Below are positions 1 to 8,143 of a stretch of 64,000 nucleotides of DNA, in pieces. The stretch is from a bacterium (GTDB taxonomy: Bacteria; UBA8248), in contig OZ244799.1 of the NCBI GenBank assembly GCA_965219955.1, positions 960,001 through 1,024,000 of the forward strand, written 5' to 3'. The position numbers and the translations under genes are program-made. The notes below the pieces were generated by a model. It did no database searches. It was not told the origin of the DNA and worked only from the letters and a program-made list of their open reading frames with translations. Numbering within the stretch: position 1 is the stretch's first letter; every line of letters begins with the position of its first letter.

Positions 1-114
1 GCCATGGTGCTCATGATGGTGCTGAAGCCCCAGGGACTGCTGCAGGCCAGGGGACAGCGCCATCATCTTGAACGCGGCGGTGAACCAGAAAGCCGGGTGG
101 GGGCGGGGCGATGA
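1..114 (+). CDS. livM: Branched-chain amino acid ABC transporter permease, C-terminal fragment (partial)
   Basis: Frame 1 reads AMVLMMVLKPQGLL..., the typical LivM C-terminal PxGL motif; TGA at 112-114 overlaps the livG ATG. Confidence 0.75.
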   Translation, partial: AMVLMMVLKPQGLLQARGQRHHLERGGEPESRVGAGR

Positions 115-887
115 ACGCAAAAGTGCGTCTTTTGCTGCTCAAAAATCTCACGCGGCGTTTCGGCGGCGTGGTGGCGCTCGATTCTCTGGACCTGAACGTG
201 CACGAGGGCGAGGTGTTAGGCCTCATCGGCCCGAACGGCGCCGGCAAGACGACGGCCTTCAACGTGGTGACGGGCCTCTACGCGCCCACCGGGGGCGACG
301 TCATATTCAAGGGCAAAAACCTCGTGGGGCTCAAGCCCAGCGCCGTCACGAGCCGTGGCATCGCGCGCACGTTCCAGAACATCCGCCTGTTCCGGGGGAT
401 GACGGTGCTGGAAAACGTCCTCGTCGGACGCCACTGCAAGATGCGCACCGGCCCTGTCGGCGCGATTTTCAGGCTCCCCGGAATGGTGGCCGAGGAGCGT
501 CAGGCGGTGGCCGATGCCATGGAACTGCTCGAGTTCACGGGCATCGGCGCCTACGCCTCGGGCATGGCGGAGACGCTCTCCTACGGGGATCAGAGAAGGC
601 TCGAGATCGCCCGCGCCCTCGCGAGCGAGCCCAGCCTCTTGCTGCTCGACGAGCCCGCCGCCGGCATGAACCCGCGCGAGAAGGGCGTGTTGAACGAGTT
701 GATCCTGGCGATCCGCGATCGCGGCGTCACCATCTTGCTGATTGAACACGACATGAAGGTGGTCATGGGCATCTCGGATCGCGTGGTCGTTCTCGATCAC
801 GGGGAGAAGATTGCGGACGGAACCCCCGCCGAGGTGCGGCGCGACCCCAAGGTGCTGGAAGCCTATCTGGGGACTTCCGATGCTTGA
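111..887 (+). CDS. livG: Branched-chain amino acid ABC transporter ATP-binding protein
   Basis: Walker A GPNGAGKTT, ARTFQNIRLF, LSYGDQRRLEIARALA, LLLDEPAAG, IEHDM, EAYLG. Confidence 0.93.
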   Translation: MNAKVRLLLLKNLTRRFGGVVALDSLDLNVHEGEVLGLIGPNGAGKTTAFNVVTGLYAPTGGDVIFKGKNLVGLKPSAVTSRGIARTFQNIRLFRGMTVLENVLVGRHCKMRTGPVGAIFRLPGMVAEERQAVADAMELLEFTGIGAYASGMAETLSYGDQRRLEIARALASEPSLLLLDEPAAGMNPREKGVLNELILAIRDRGVTILLIEHDMKVVMGISDRVVVLDHGEKIADGTPAEVRRDPKVLEAYLGTSDA

Positions 888-1584
888 ACTAAGGGATGTT
901 CATTTCCACTACGGCCACATCCATGCGCTCCAGGGCGTGTCGCTGGAGGTGCGCTCGGGGCAGGTGGTCTGTCTCATCGGCAGCAACGGGGCGGGGAAAT
1001 CCTCCACCCTCATGGCGATCAGCGGCGTCAACGCCGTCTCCCGGGGCGAGATACTCCTGGAGGGCGAGGCCATCCACGCCCGGGAGCCGGACGACATCGT
1101 GAGGCGCGGCATCTGCCAGGTGCCCGAGGGCAGGCGCATCTTCCCGCACCTGACCGTGCTCGAAAACCTGGAGATGGGCGCTTTTTTGAGGAACGACGCC
1201 GGGGGCGTGAGAGAAGACCTCGACTACGTCTGCTCCCTGTTTCCGGTGCTGCACGAGCGGCGCGCCCAGAGGGGCGGCACGCTCTCGGGCGGGGAGCAGC
1301 AGATGCTGGCCATCGCGCGCGCCCTGATGTCGCGGCCCAGGCTCCTCCTGCTCGATGAACCCTCTCTCGGCCTCGCGCCCCGGATCATCGAGACCATCTT
1401 CGAGGTTCTGGCGCGGATTCGCGACGAGGGGACGGGCATTTTTCTCGTCGAGCAGAACGCGCACCTGGCGCTCAATTTCTCGGACTGGGCCTACGTGATG
1501 GAGACGGGGCGCATCGTCATGGGCGATGAACCCGGCGTCCTGCGCGATTCGCCCGCCGTCCGCGAAGCCTACCTGGGCGAATAG
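880..1584 (+). CDS. livF: Branched-chain amino acid ABC transporter ATP-binding protein
   Basis: ATG 880 (MLELRDV); GSNGAGKS, VPEGRRIF, LSGGEQQMLAIARALM, DEPSLGLAP, VEQNA. Confidence 0.93.
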   Translation: MLELRDVHFHYGHIHALQGVSLEVRSGQVVCLIGSNGAGKSSTLMAISGVNAVSRGEILLEGEAIHAREPDDIVRRGICQVPEGRRIFPHLTVLENLEMGAFLRNDAGGVREDLDYVCSLFPVLHERRAQRGGTLSGGEQQMLAIARALMSRPRLLLLDEPSLGLAPRIIETIFEVLARIRDEGTGIFLVEQNAHLALNFSDWAYVMETGRIVMGDEPGVLRDSPAVREAYLGE

Positions 1585-1674
1585 GGAGGCTTTTCCGATC
1601 GCGCTTCCGGGGTTTGCTGAGAAAAATCCTGATTTCGTGATTCGATGTATCGAACCGACCGGAGAGGCGGGTTC

Positions 1675-1700
1675 GTAGGGGCGGCCCTGTGTGGCCGCCC
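1675..1700 (+). repeat. GTAG-type REP-like hairpin
   Basis: GTAG followed by perfect 8-bp stem GGGCGGCC-CTGTGT-GGCCGCCC. Confidence 0.6.
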
Positions 1701-1839
1701 AGCCCCCTGTGGTTGTCCCGCGCAGAACAGGGCACCGGACAGGCTCTTCCATTGCAGGGTGCCAAGCAAGCACTTCCCGCTCGAGAGGGTTGTTGAAAAA
1801 CCCCCGTCTTCGACCCCTGCAAACCCCCAACGCCTCTTT

Positions 1840-1956
1840 CCTCACCCTGAGTAGCCGCCGAAGGCGGCGTATCGAAGGGCGAGGGGAGTCGAACGCCTCG
1901 CGCCGGGGCGTGAGGACATCCTTCGATACGCGGCTTCGCCGCTACTCAGGATGAGG
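1840..1956. repeat. Long imperfect palindromic element (RPE-like)
   Basis: CCTCACCCTGAGTAGC...CGTATCGAAGG (1840-1879) pairs with CCTTCGATACG...GCTACTCAGGATGAGG (1919-1956); each arm has its own small hairpin. Confidence 0.7.
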
Positions 1957-2074
1957 CGGTCGGGGAGGCCCTGCGCACCGAATCACGAAGTCAGGGCCTT
2001 TCAGCAGCTACGAATTGAAGTGCTTCCCGATCGCTCGGGCTGAGCCCGTCTGGGCGAATAAAGCCCTCGCCTCC

Positions 2075-2103
2075 TTGCCCGCCCGCGCGCTTCGGCCTAC
2101 ACT
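2075..2103 (+). promoter_or_regulatory. Putative sigma70 promoter of the NIPSNAP gene
   Basis: TTGCCC-17 nt-TACACT upstream of GGAGG RBS. Confidence 0.4.
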
Positions 2104-2147
2104 TCGGGGCGTATCCCTTTTCAACAACCATCCTGGAGGAAAGTTGC

Positions 2148-2762
2148 ATGATCTACGAGATGCGCACTTACCGGCTCACCGTCGGCGGCGTGGACGAGTT
2201 CGAGGAGAATTTCGCTAAAGTCATCGACAAGAGGAACGAAGTTTCTCCGATCATGGGGTTCTTCCATACCGAAGTCGGGGACCTGAACCGCATCAGGCAC
2301 ATCTGGCAGTACGAGAGCCTGGACCACCGCGCCGAGGTGCGCGCGAAGACGATGTCGATGGACTGGTGGCCGCCGCCCAACGGGCATCTCATTCTCGAGC
2401 AGGAGAGCGTGGTCATGGCGGCGCCCCCGTTCCGGCCCGAACCGCGCCTGGGAGCCTACGGCGGCGTATATGAGTTCAGAACCTACACCGTGCAGCCCGG
2501 CAAGACGGGAGAGGTCCTGAGCCGCTGGAGCGAGCACATCGCGGCGCGGGAAGAGCTCTCCCCGCTGGCGGCGCTTTTCATGACGGACGTGGGGCCGCTC
2601 AACCAGTGGATTCACGTCTGGGCGTATGAGGACATGAACCACCGCGCCGAGATCCGCAAGAAAGCGCATGAGCTTCCGAACTGGCCTCCGGGCTCGCGTC
2701 CGTTCCTGGACGCGCAGAATTCGGAAATCTGGGTGCCCTCTTCGTTCTCACCCATGCACTAG
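2148..2762 (+). CDS. NIPSNAP family protein (tandem domains)
   Basis: Two repeats of YExRTY...GxLN...HxWxYE...R; strong RBS GGAGG. Confidence 0.88.
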   Translation: MIYEMRTYRLTVGGVDEFEENFAKVIDKRNEVSPIMGFFHTEVGDLNRIRHIWQYESLDHRAEVRAKTMSMDWWPPPNGHLILEQESVVMAAPPFRPEPRLGAYGGVYEFRTYTVQPGKTGEVLSRWSEHIAAREELSPLAALFMTDVGPLNQWIHVWAYEDMNHRAEIRKKAHELPNWPPGSRPFLDAQNSEIWVPSSFSPMH

Positions 2763-2772
2763 GCGGCAAGCG

Positions 2773-3579
2773 CTACCCCGCAGCGAACAGGTAGAGCAGG
2801 GCCAGTGCGCCCGCGCCCCAGCAGTAGTAGCGAAAGCGCGCCAGGTTGCCGCCCCGCACGAGGCGGATGAGCCAGCCCAGGGCGACTGTCCCCACGATGG
2901 CCGCTGCGAGCGCGCCGACGGCGTAGGGGAGCAGTTTGGCGCCGAGCGGACCTTCCAGGTCTTTTATCTTGAGCGCGAATGCGCCCAGGATCGCGGGCAC
3001 CGATAACAGGAAGCTGAAGCGCGCGGCCTGCTCGCGCGCCACGCCGCGCATGAGGGCGGCGGCGATGGTCGCTCCCGAGCGCGAGATGCCCGGAACGATG
3101 GCGAACGCCTGAAAGACGCCGATGACGAGGGCGTCTTTGGCCGTCATCTCGGCTTCTCCCCGGCCCGCGCCCTCCCGGGGTTCGCCCAGGCATAAAATGC
3201 CGCCCGTCACGAGCAGCGCGCAGGCGGCGAGCCCGGGCGATGCGAACATCTCCTCGACCAGACCACCCAGAAAAACCCCCACGATGCCTGCGGGAACCGA
3301 GCCGAGAATCAGGAGCCAGCCCGTTCTGGCCGCGCCCTCGTCTGAATCTCCGCCCACGAGGGACGAGACCCACCCCCGCGCGATGCGCCAGAGGTCCTTT
3401 CCGTAGAAGACGAGGACGGCGGCGAGCGTGCCGACGTGTAGCAGGACGTCGAAGAGCAACTCGGGCTCTTTCAAGCCCAGAATGCTCTGGCCCAGGACGA
3501 GATGCCCCGAACTGCTCACCGGCAGAAATTCGGTCAAGCCTTGCACGATGCCGAGAATGAGGGCGTGTTCCCAGAGCAT
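2773..3579 (-). CDS. uppP: Undecaprenyl-diphosphate phosphatase
   Basis: GIVQGLTEFLPVSSSGHL and PGISRSGAT signature motifs. Confidence 0.95.
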   Translation of the reverse strand: MLWEHALILGIVQGLTEFLPVSSSGHLVLGQSILGLKEPELLFDVLLHVGTLAAVLVFYGKDLWRIARGWVSSLVGGDSDEGAARTGWLLILGSVPAGIVGVFLGGLVEEMFASPGLAACALLVTGGILCLGEPREGAGRGEAEMTAKDALVIGVFQAFAIVPGISRSGATIAAALMRGVAREQAARFSFLLSVPAILGAFALKIKDLEGPLGAKLLPYAVGALAAAIVGTVALGWLIRLVRGGNLARFRYYCWGAGALALLYLFAAG

Positions 3580-3600
3580 ATCAGCCTTCCGCAGGATGCT

Positions 3601-4716
3601 TCATTGAAATCTGGCGTTGCCGCGCCCGAGATTCTTGACCATCTCGCCGATTTTTTCCGCGTTCTCGGCCGAACAGATGAGCAGCGCGTCGTCCGTCTCG
3701 ACGATGATGACGTCCTCGACCCCGACCGCTGCGACGAATTTCTTGTTCGAGCGGACGATGAGGTTTTTCGCGTCGATGGATTCGGTCCTGCCCCCTTTGG
3801 GCAGCATCCAGACGTTGCCGGCCTCATCGCGCGGCAATGCGCCTCGCAGAGCCGGCCACGTGCCCAGATCGTTCCAGCCGACGTCGGCCGGCAAGACGAT
3901 GAGCTTGCGCGTTTTCTCCATCACCGCATGATCGATGCTGATGGATTCGCACTTCGCCCACAATTTCGCGAAAGCGGCGTCGTCGCGCTTCTCCTGTGCG
4001 GACCCCGCCCGGCTCAAAAGTTCGCTCAGCCGGGGCTGGTGGGCATCGAGTTCTTCGATCAGGCGGGCGGCCCGTGAGATGAAAATACCGGTGTTCCAGT
4101 AATGTTTCCCGGAGGCCGCATACCGCTTTGCCCGTGCGAGCGGGGGCTTTTCAATAAACCTCTTTGCGCGGAACGCCTCGATTTCTCCTGAAAGCGCGAT
4201 TCGCTCGCCGCGCTCGATGTAGCCGAAGCCGGTCTCGGGCGAGTGCGGCGGCGCCCCGAGTGAGACGATTGAACCATGCTCACGCGCCATGCGCGCGCCC
4301 GCCTTGACGAGTTTTCGGAATTCCCTTGTCTTCGCGATGAACTGGTCTGCGGGCACGGCGCACATCGCAGCGCCCGGCTCGCGCATTTCGATGATGCGGG
4401 CCGCGAGGCCGAGGCAGGGAGCGGTGTTTCGCGGATCCGGCTCATAGACGACGTTGCGTTTGGGGATATCGAGGTTTTTCAGGAATTTCCGGTGCGCCGC
4501 AGAGGCCACGACGAGCGTCCGCTCGGGCGGGGCGAGGCCGCGCACGCGCTTGAGCGTCATTTCGAGCAGCGTGGGGCCGGCCATATTCTGAGGAATCCCT
4601 CCCCCCAAGGGCAAAAATTGCTTGGGCTTCGACTTTCTGCTCACGGGCCAGAAGCGCGTTCCCGAGCCTCCCGCCATGATGACCGCCCACAAGGGGGGCG
4701 TCCTGCGCCGGGTCAC
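3601..4716 (-). CDS. manC: Mannose-1-phosphate guanylyltransferase (no PMI domain evident)
   Basis: MAGGSGTRFWPVSRKSKPKQFL, EPDPRNTAP, FIEKP, SIDHAVMEK, GWNDLGTW. Confidence 0.9.
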   Translation of the reverse strand: MTRRRTPPLWAVIMAGGSGTRFWPVSRKSKPKQFLPLGGGIPQNMAGPTLLEMTLKRVRGLAPPERTLVVASAAHRKFLKNLDIPKRNVVYEPDPRNTAPCLGLAARIIEMREPGAAMCAVPADQFIAKTREFRKLVKAGARMAREHGSIVSLGAPPHSPETGFGYIERGERIALSGEIEAFRAKRFIEKPPLARAKRYAASGKHYWNTGIFISRAARLIEELDAHQPRLSELLSRAGSAQEKRDDAAFAKLWAKCESISIDHAVMEKTRKLIVLPADVGWNDLGTWPALRGALPRDEAGNVWMLPKGGRTESIDAKNLIVRSNKKFVAAVGVEDVIIVETDDALLICSAENAEKIGEMVKNLGRGNARFQ

Positions 4717-5303
4717 TGGAGAAATCCTTTGAACAGGAGAAAACCGCCCAAAAGCAATACGATAAAGAGGATGGTCAATAAATTAAAGTAGCGATCGATG
4801 AAACTTCTTATCGGCGGGCCGAAGCGGTGGATGAGCGCGGCCTCGATGAAAAAGCGCGCCGAGCGGCTTAAAGCCGATGCGATGAGGAAAACGAGGAAAT
4901 CGATTTCGAACGCGCCCGCCGAGATCGTGAACACTTTATAGGGGATCGGCGTGAAGCCTGCGATCCCGACCGCCCAGGCGTCATAGGCGCGGTAGTATTC
5001 CTGAACGACTTGGTATTTGTCCGCCACGCCGTAGAACGCGATGATGGGCTCGCCGACGCTTTTCAGGAGGTAAAAGCCAATAAAATAGCCCAGCGCGCCG
5101 CCCAGCACGGAGGAGGCCGAGCAGACGGCGGCGTAGAGATACGCTCTTTGCGGCCTGGCGAGGGCCAGGGCCATCAGGAGCGGGTCCGGCGGTATGGGGA
5201 AGAAGACGGATTCCGTCGCCGATACGACGATGAGGACGGGCAGGGCGTAGCGCGAATCCGCCCAGCTCAGCACCCACTCGTAGAGCGCGCGGAGGCTACG
5301 CAT
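4713..5303 (-). CDS. YqaA/DedA (VTT domain) membrane protein
   Basis: ESVFFPIPPD, SVLGGALGYFIG, AGFTPIPYKVFTI, SRSARF. Confidence 0.88.
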   Translation of the reverse strand: MRSLRALYEWVLSWADSRYALPVLIVVSATESVFFPIPPDPLLMALALARPQRAYLYAAVCSASSVLGGALGYFIGFYLLKSVGEPIIAFYGVADKYQVVQEYYRAYDAWAVGIAGFTPIPYKVFTISAGAFEIDFLVFLIASALSRSARFFIEAALIHRFGPPIRSFIDRYFNLLTILFIVLLLGGFLLFKGFLQ

Positions 5304-6705
5304 CCGGCAGGGAGACGGCGGGGTATTTTTTTATCTCTTCGTATACTTCGCTCTGGTACGCCTGCAGGGAGGGTTCATCGAGCGCCTCGAAACGCATGAC
5401 GAGCACGGGCTGGGTGTTCGAGGCGCGGATGAGGCCCCAGCCTTTTTCGAAGTTGATGCGCGCCCCATCTACTTCAATGGTTTCATAAAGATTCCTAAAG
5501 TGGTTCTTTAAGTCTTCGACGATCTGGAATTTCTCCTCATCCGGACACGCGACCCTGATCTCGGGCGTCGAGACCGAGGTGGGGATTTCAGACACCCGCT
5601 CGGCGAGCGTATCTTCTGAATCGCAAAGAAGGTGCAGGAGCCTGGCGGCGGTGTAGATGGCGTCGTCATAGCCGAGATAGCCGTCCACGAAGAAGATGTG
5701 GCCGGAGAGTTCGCCGCCCAGAGGGGCTTCCTCCTCCAATATCTTGGCGCGCACGAGCGAGTGGCCCGTCGCGCTCATCACCGGACGCCCGCCCATCCGC
5801 TTCACGGCGTCGGCGAGGCGCGAGGAGCATTTTACGTCGAATACGACAGCCTCGCCGGGGCTTCGCGCCAGAATGGGCGCCGCGAGCAGCATGAGCAACT
5901 CATCCCCCCAGATGATTCTGCCCGTGGCGTCCACCGCGCCGATGCGGTCGCCGTCGCCGTCCAGCCCGATGCCCGCCTCTGCGCCCGTTTCCTGGACTTT
6001 CGCTATCAGGGGTACGAGGTTTTCGGGCACCGTGGGGTCGGGGTGGTGGTTGGGATAGGAGGCGTCGGGCTCGGTGAAGAGCTCCACCACCTCGGCGCCG
6101 ATTTTTCTCAACACCTGTGGCGCCACCGTGCCGCCGACCCCGTTCCCCGCATCGACGACCACCTTGACGGGCCGCGAGAGCGCCAGATCCTGAGACGCCC
6201 GCTCGATGTATCGGGGCCTGATGTCGACTTCCGTGAACGCGCCCCGCGCCGCGGAGCGGTGGATCCGGCCCTCTTCGATGATTTTCCGTATCTCCTGGAT
6301 TTCCGCGCCGTGAATCGCCTCGCGCCCCCGGGTGATCTTGAAGCCGTTGAATTCGGGCGGGTTGTGCGAACCCGTGATCTGTACGGCGCCCGCCACGTCC
6401 AGGTGGTGCGTCGCGAAGGAAACCACCGGGGTGGGCACCATGCCGATTCCGATGACGCGGCAGCCTGCGGCGGTGAGACCTTTCTGGAGCGCGTCGTAGA
6501 AATCGGGGGAGGAGAAGCGGTTGTCGCGCCCGACGGCGACGGCGGCCCCCTGCGCGCCGCCCAGGTGCGTGCCGAGAGCGCCGCCGATGGTCTCGACGAT
6601 CCCGGTGGTGAGGTCTTTCTCCACAACGCCGCGAATGTCGTATTCCCTGAAGATCAGCGGGTTGATGCCGGGCACGAGAAGCTCCTGTTCCGGGCGGGTG
6701 CGCAT
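5296..6705 (-). CDS. algC: Phosphomannomutase/phosphoglucomutase (AlgC type)
   Basis: IFREYDIRG, ITGSHNP phosphoserine loop, DGDGDR metal loop, GELSGH, RASNT. Confidence 0.92.
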   Translation of the reverse strand: MRTRPEQELLVPGINPLIFREYDIRGVVEKDLTTGIVETIGGALGTHLGGAQGAAVAVGRDNRFSSPDFYDALQKGLTAAGCRVIGIGMVPTPVVSFATHHLDVAGAVQITGSHNPPEFNGFKITRGREAIHGAEIQEIRKIIEEGRIHRSAARGAFTEVDIRPRYIERASQDLALSRPVKVVVDAGNGVGGTVAPQVLRKIGAEVVELFTEPDASYPNHHPDPTVPENLVPLIAKVQETGAEAGIGLDGDGDRIGAVDATGRIIWGDELLMLLAAPILARSPGEAVVFDVKCSSRLADAVKRMGGRPVMSATGHSLVRAKILEEEAPLGGELSGHIFFVDGYLGYDDAIYTAARLLHLLCDSEDTLAERVSEIPTSVSTPEIRVACPDEEKFQIVEDLKNHFRNLYETIEVDGARINFEKGWGLIRASNTQPVLVMRFEALDEPSLQAYQSEVYEEIKKYPAVSLPDA

Positions 6706-6915
6706 TTCCCAAAAGCGGGCGAATTATTGCACCCCCTTCTTCGCCGGGCAACCTCATTTTTCCATCCCGCCCTTTGTTCTTCTCCATCGTGAGGGGGTAT
6801 AATGCGCTTCCGTCCGTTTGCGGACAGTTGCGCCCTGCGCCTTCTGGGTGGTTCGGCCATTGAAAACCATGAAATTCAATGATTTTTCATCCCTGTATGA
6901 GGGGAGATTTTCGAG

Positions 6916-7614
6916 TTGATCACAGGCACGGGTCCATGGATCGAGCGAGTGATGATAAAGCTGGGGCGCGGCTTCGTGGGTCTTCTGGTGCGCCTGTTCA
7001 CGAAAATGAAAATCAGCGGAATGGAAAACATCCCGCCGGGTGGGAACATCCTCTTTTTGAGCAATCATGTCTCCGCCCTCGACGTCCTGGTGATACCCTG
7101 GGCCATCTATACGAAATATCCCGAAGAACTGCTTCGCCAGGCGGGCAAGGAAGAGCTGTTCGACATCCCCGTCGTGGGGTGGATACTGCACAAATGGCGG
7201 GGTTTCCCCATCAAGCGCGGCGGAGCCGACAGGAAATCCATCCGCATGATCGAGGAATACATCAAAGAGGGGAAGGTCATCCTCTACCCGGAGGGGACGC
7301 GGAGCCGCGACGGGAGGCTTCTGCGGGGGAACCGCATGGTGGGCCGGATCGTGAGGAACACCACCCCCACGGTCGTCCCCGTCTCCATCAAGGGGACGGA
7401 CCGTGTGATTCCGGTGGGCAAGACCATACCCCGCCCGGGGACGAGGGTCGAGTTGCGATTCGGCGCGCCGATGGATTTAGACGACGAGTATTCCATCGCC
7501 AACACGAAAGAGGCGAGCCAGAAGATCATCGATCGCGTCATGACGGCGATTGCGGAACTCCAAAACGGGGGAGCCGCCGAAGCCGTTCACAAAAAGGGTG
7601 TTGCGAGTGAGTAG
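6916..7614 (+). CDS. plsC: 1-acyl-sn-glycerol-3-phosphate acyltransferase
   Basis: NHVSALD (NHx4D), KEELF, YPEGTRS. Confidence 0.85.
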   Translation: MITGTGPWIERVMIKLGRGFVGLLVRLFTKMKISGMENIPPGGNILFLSNHVSALDVLVIPWAIYTKYPEELLRQAGKEELFDIPVVGWILHKWRGFPIKRGGADRKSIRMIEEYIKEGKVILYPEGTRSRDGRLLRGNRMVGRIVRNTTPTVVPVSIKGTDRVIPVGKTIPRPGTRVELRFGAPMDLDDEYSIANTKEASQKIIDRVMTAIAELQNGGAAEAVHKKGVASE

Positions 7615-8098
7615 GCGACCCTTCTCGAAGCCCAGGCGGTTTGCCTCCATTCTGAAGGAGGTGCGCCGAAAAGAGCCGTGGGGCAGGCGGCTGGCCAGTA
7701 ATTTCGTGTTCCGCATCTGGCCGAGGGCCGTGGGCGAGGGCATCTCCCGGGCGGCGCGGCCGGTATTTCTCAGGAATCGTTGTCTGTATGTGGAAGTCGC
7801 GGACTCGAGCTGGCTGCATGAACTTGAGTTCAGGAAGCAGGATTTGCTCGCGAGAATCAATGAGCACATGGAGGATTCCCGCATCGACGAGATTCGCTTC
7901 AAGTTGTCGGACTCAGGGATCGCGTTCGACCATGATGGCGAGGAGAGTGAATCGGCGCCGTTTTCCCGGGAAGCGACGCCGATTTCCCCGGGCGATGACG
8001 CAGCCATAGAAGACGCCATCACCGATGTGGGGGATGAGCAATTGCGCCGGGCGGCGGAAAAACTCATTCGCCACATTCGGACGCACGGAAACTCCTGA
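7607..8098 (+). CDS. DUF721/DciA family protein (putative helicase loader)
   Basis: WPRAVG...RPVFLRNRCLYVEVADSSWLHELEF...LLARIN...IDEIRF pattern; GTG start overlapping plsC stop. Confidence 0.72.
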   Translation: MSRRPFSKPRRFASILKEVRRKEPWGRRLASNFVFRIWPRAVGEGISRAARPVFLRNRCLYVEVADSSWLHELEFRKQDLLARINEHMEDSRIDEIRFKLSDSGIAFDHDGEESESAPFSREATPISPGDDAAIEDAITDVGDEQLRRAAEKLIRHIRTHGNS

Positions 8099-8143
8099 TT
8101 ATGATAGTATCTGACTGAAAGTCCGCTGGAGAGGTTGCATGTA

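Larger units (their letters stand above)
1628..1995. repeat. Composite intergenic palindromic element bounded by inverted repeats
   Basis: CCTGATTTCGTGATTCG (1628-1644) vs CGAATCACGAAGTCAGG (1979-1995), 16/17 inverted match; encloses a REP-like hairpin and a long palindrome. Confidence 0.6.

Noticed and set aside
1585-2147. CRISPR array or small proteins in the livF-NIPSNAP gap
   Set aside because: Repeats are inverted and non-periodic with no spacers; the short ORFs are translations of palindromes.
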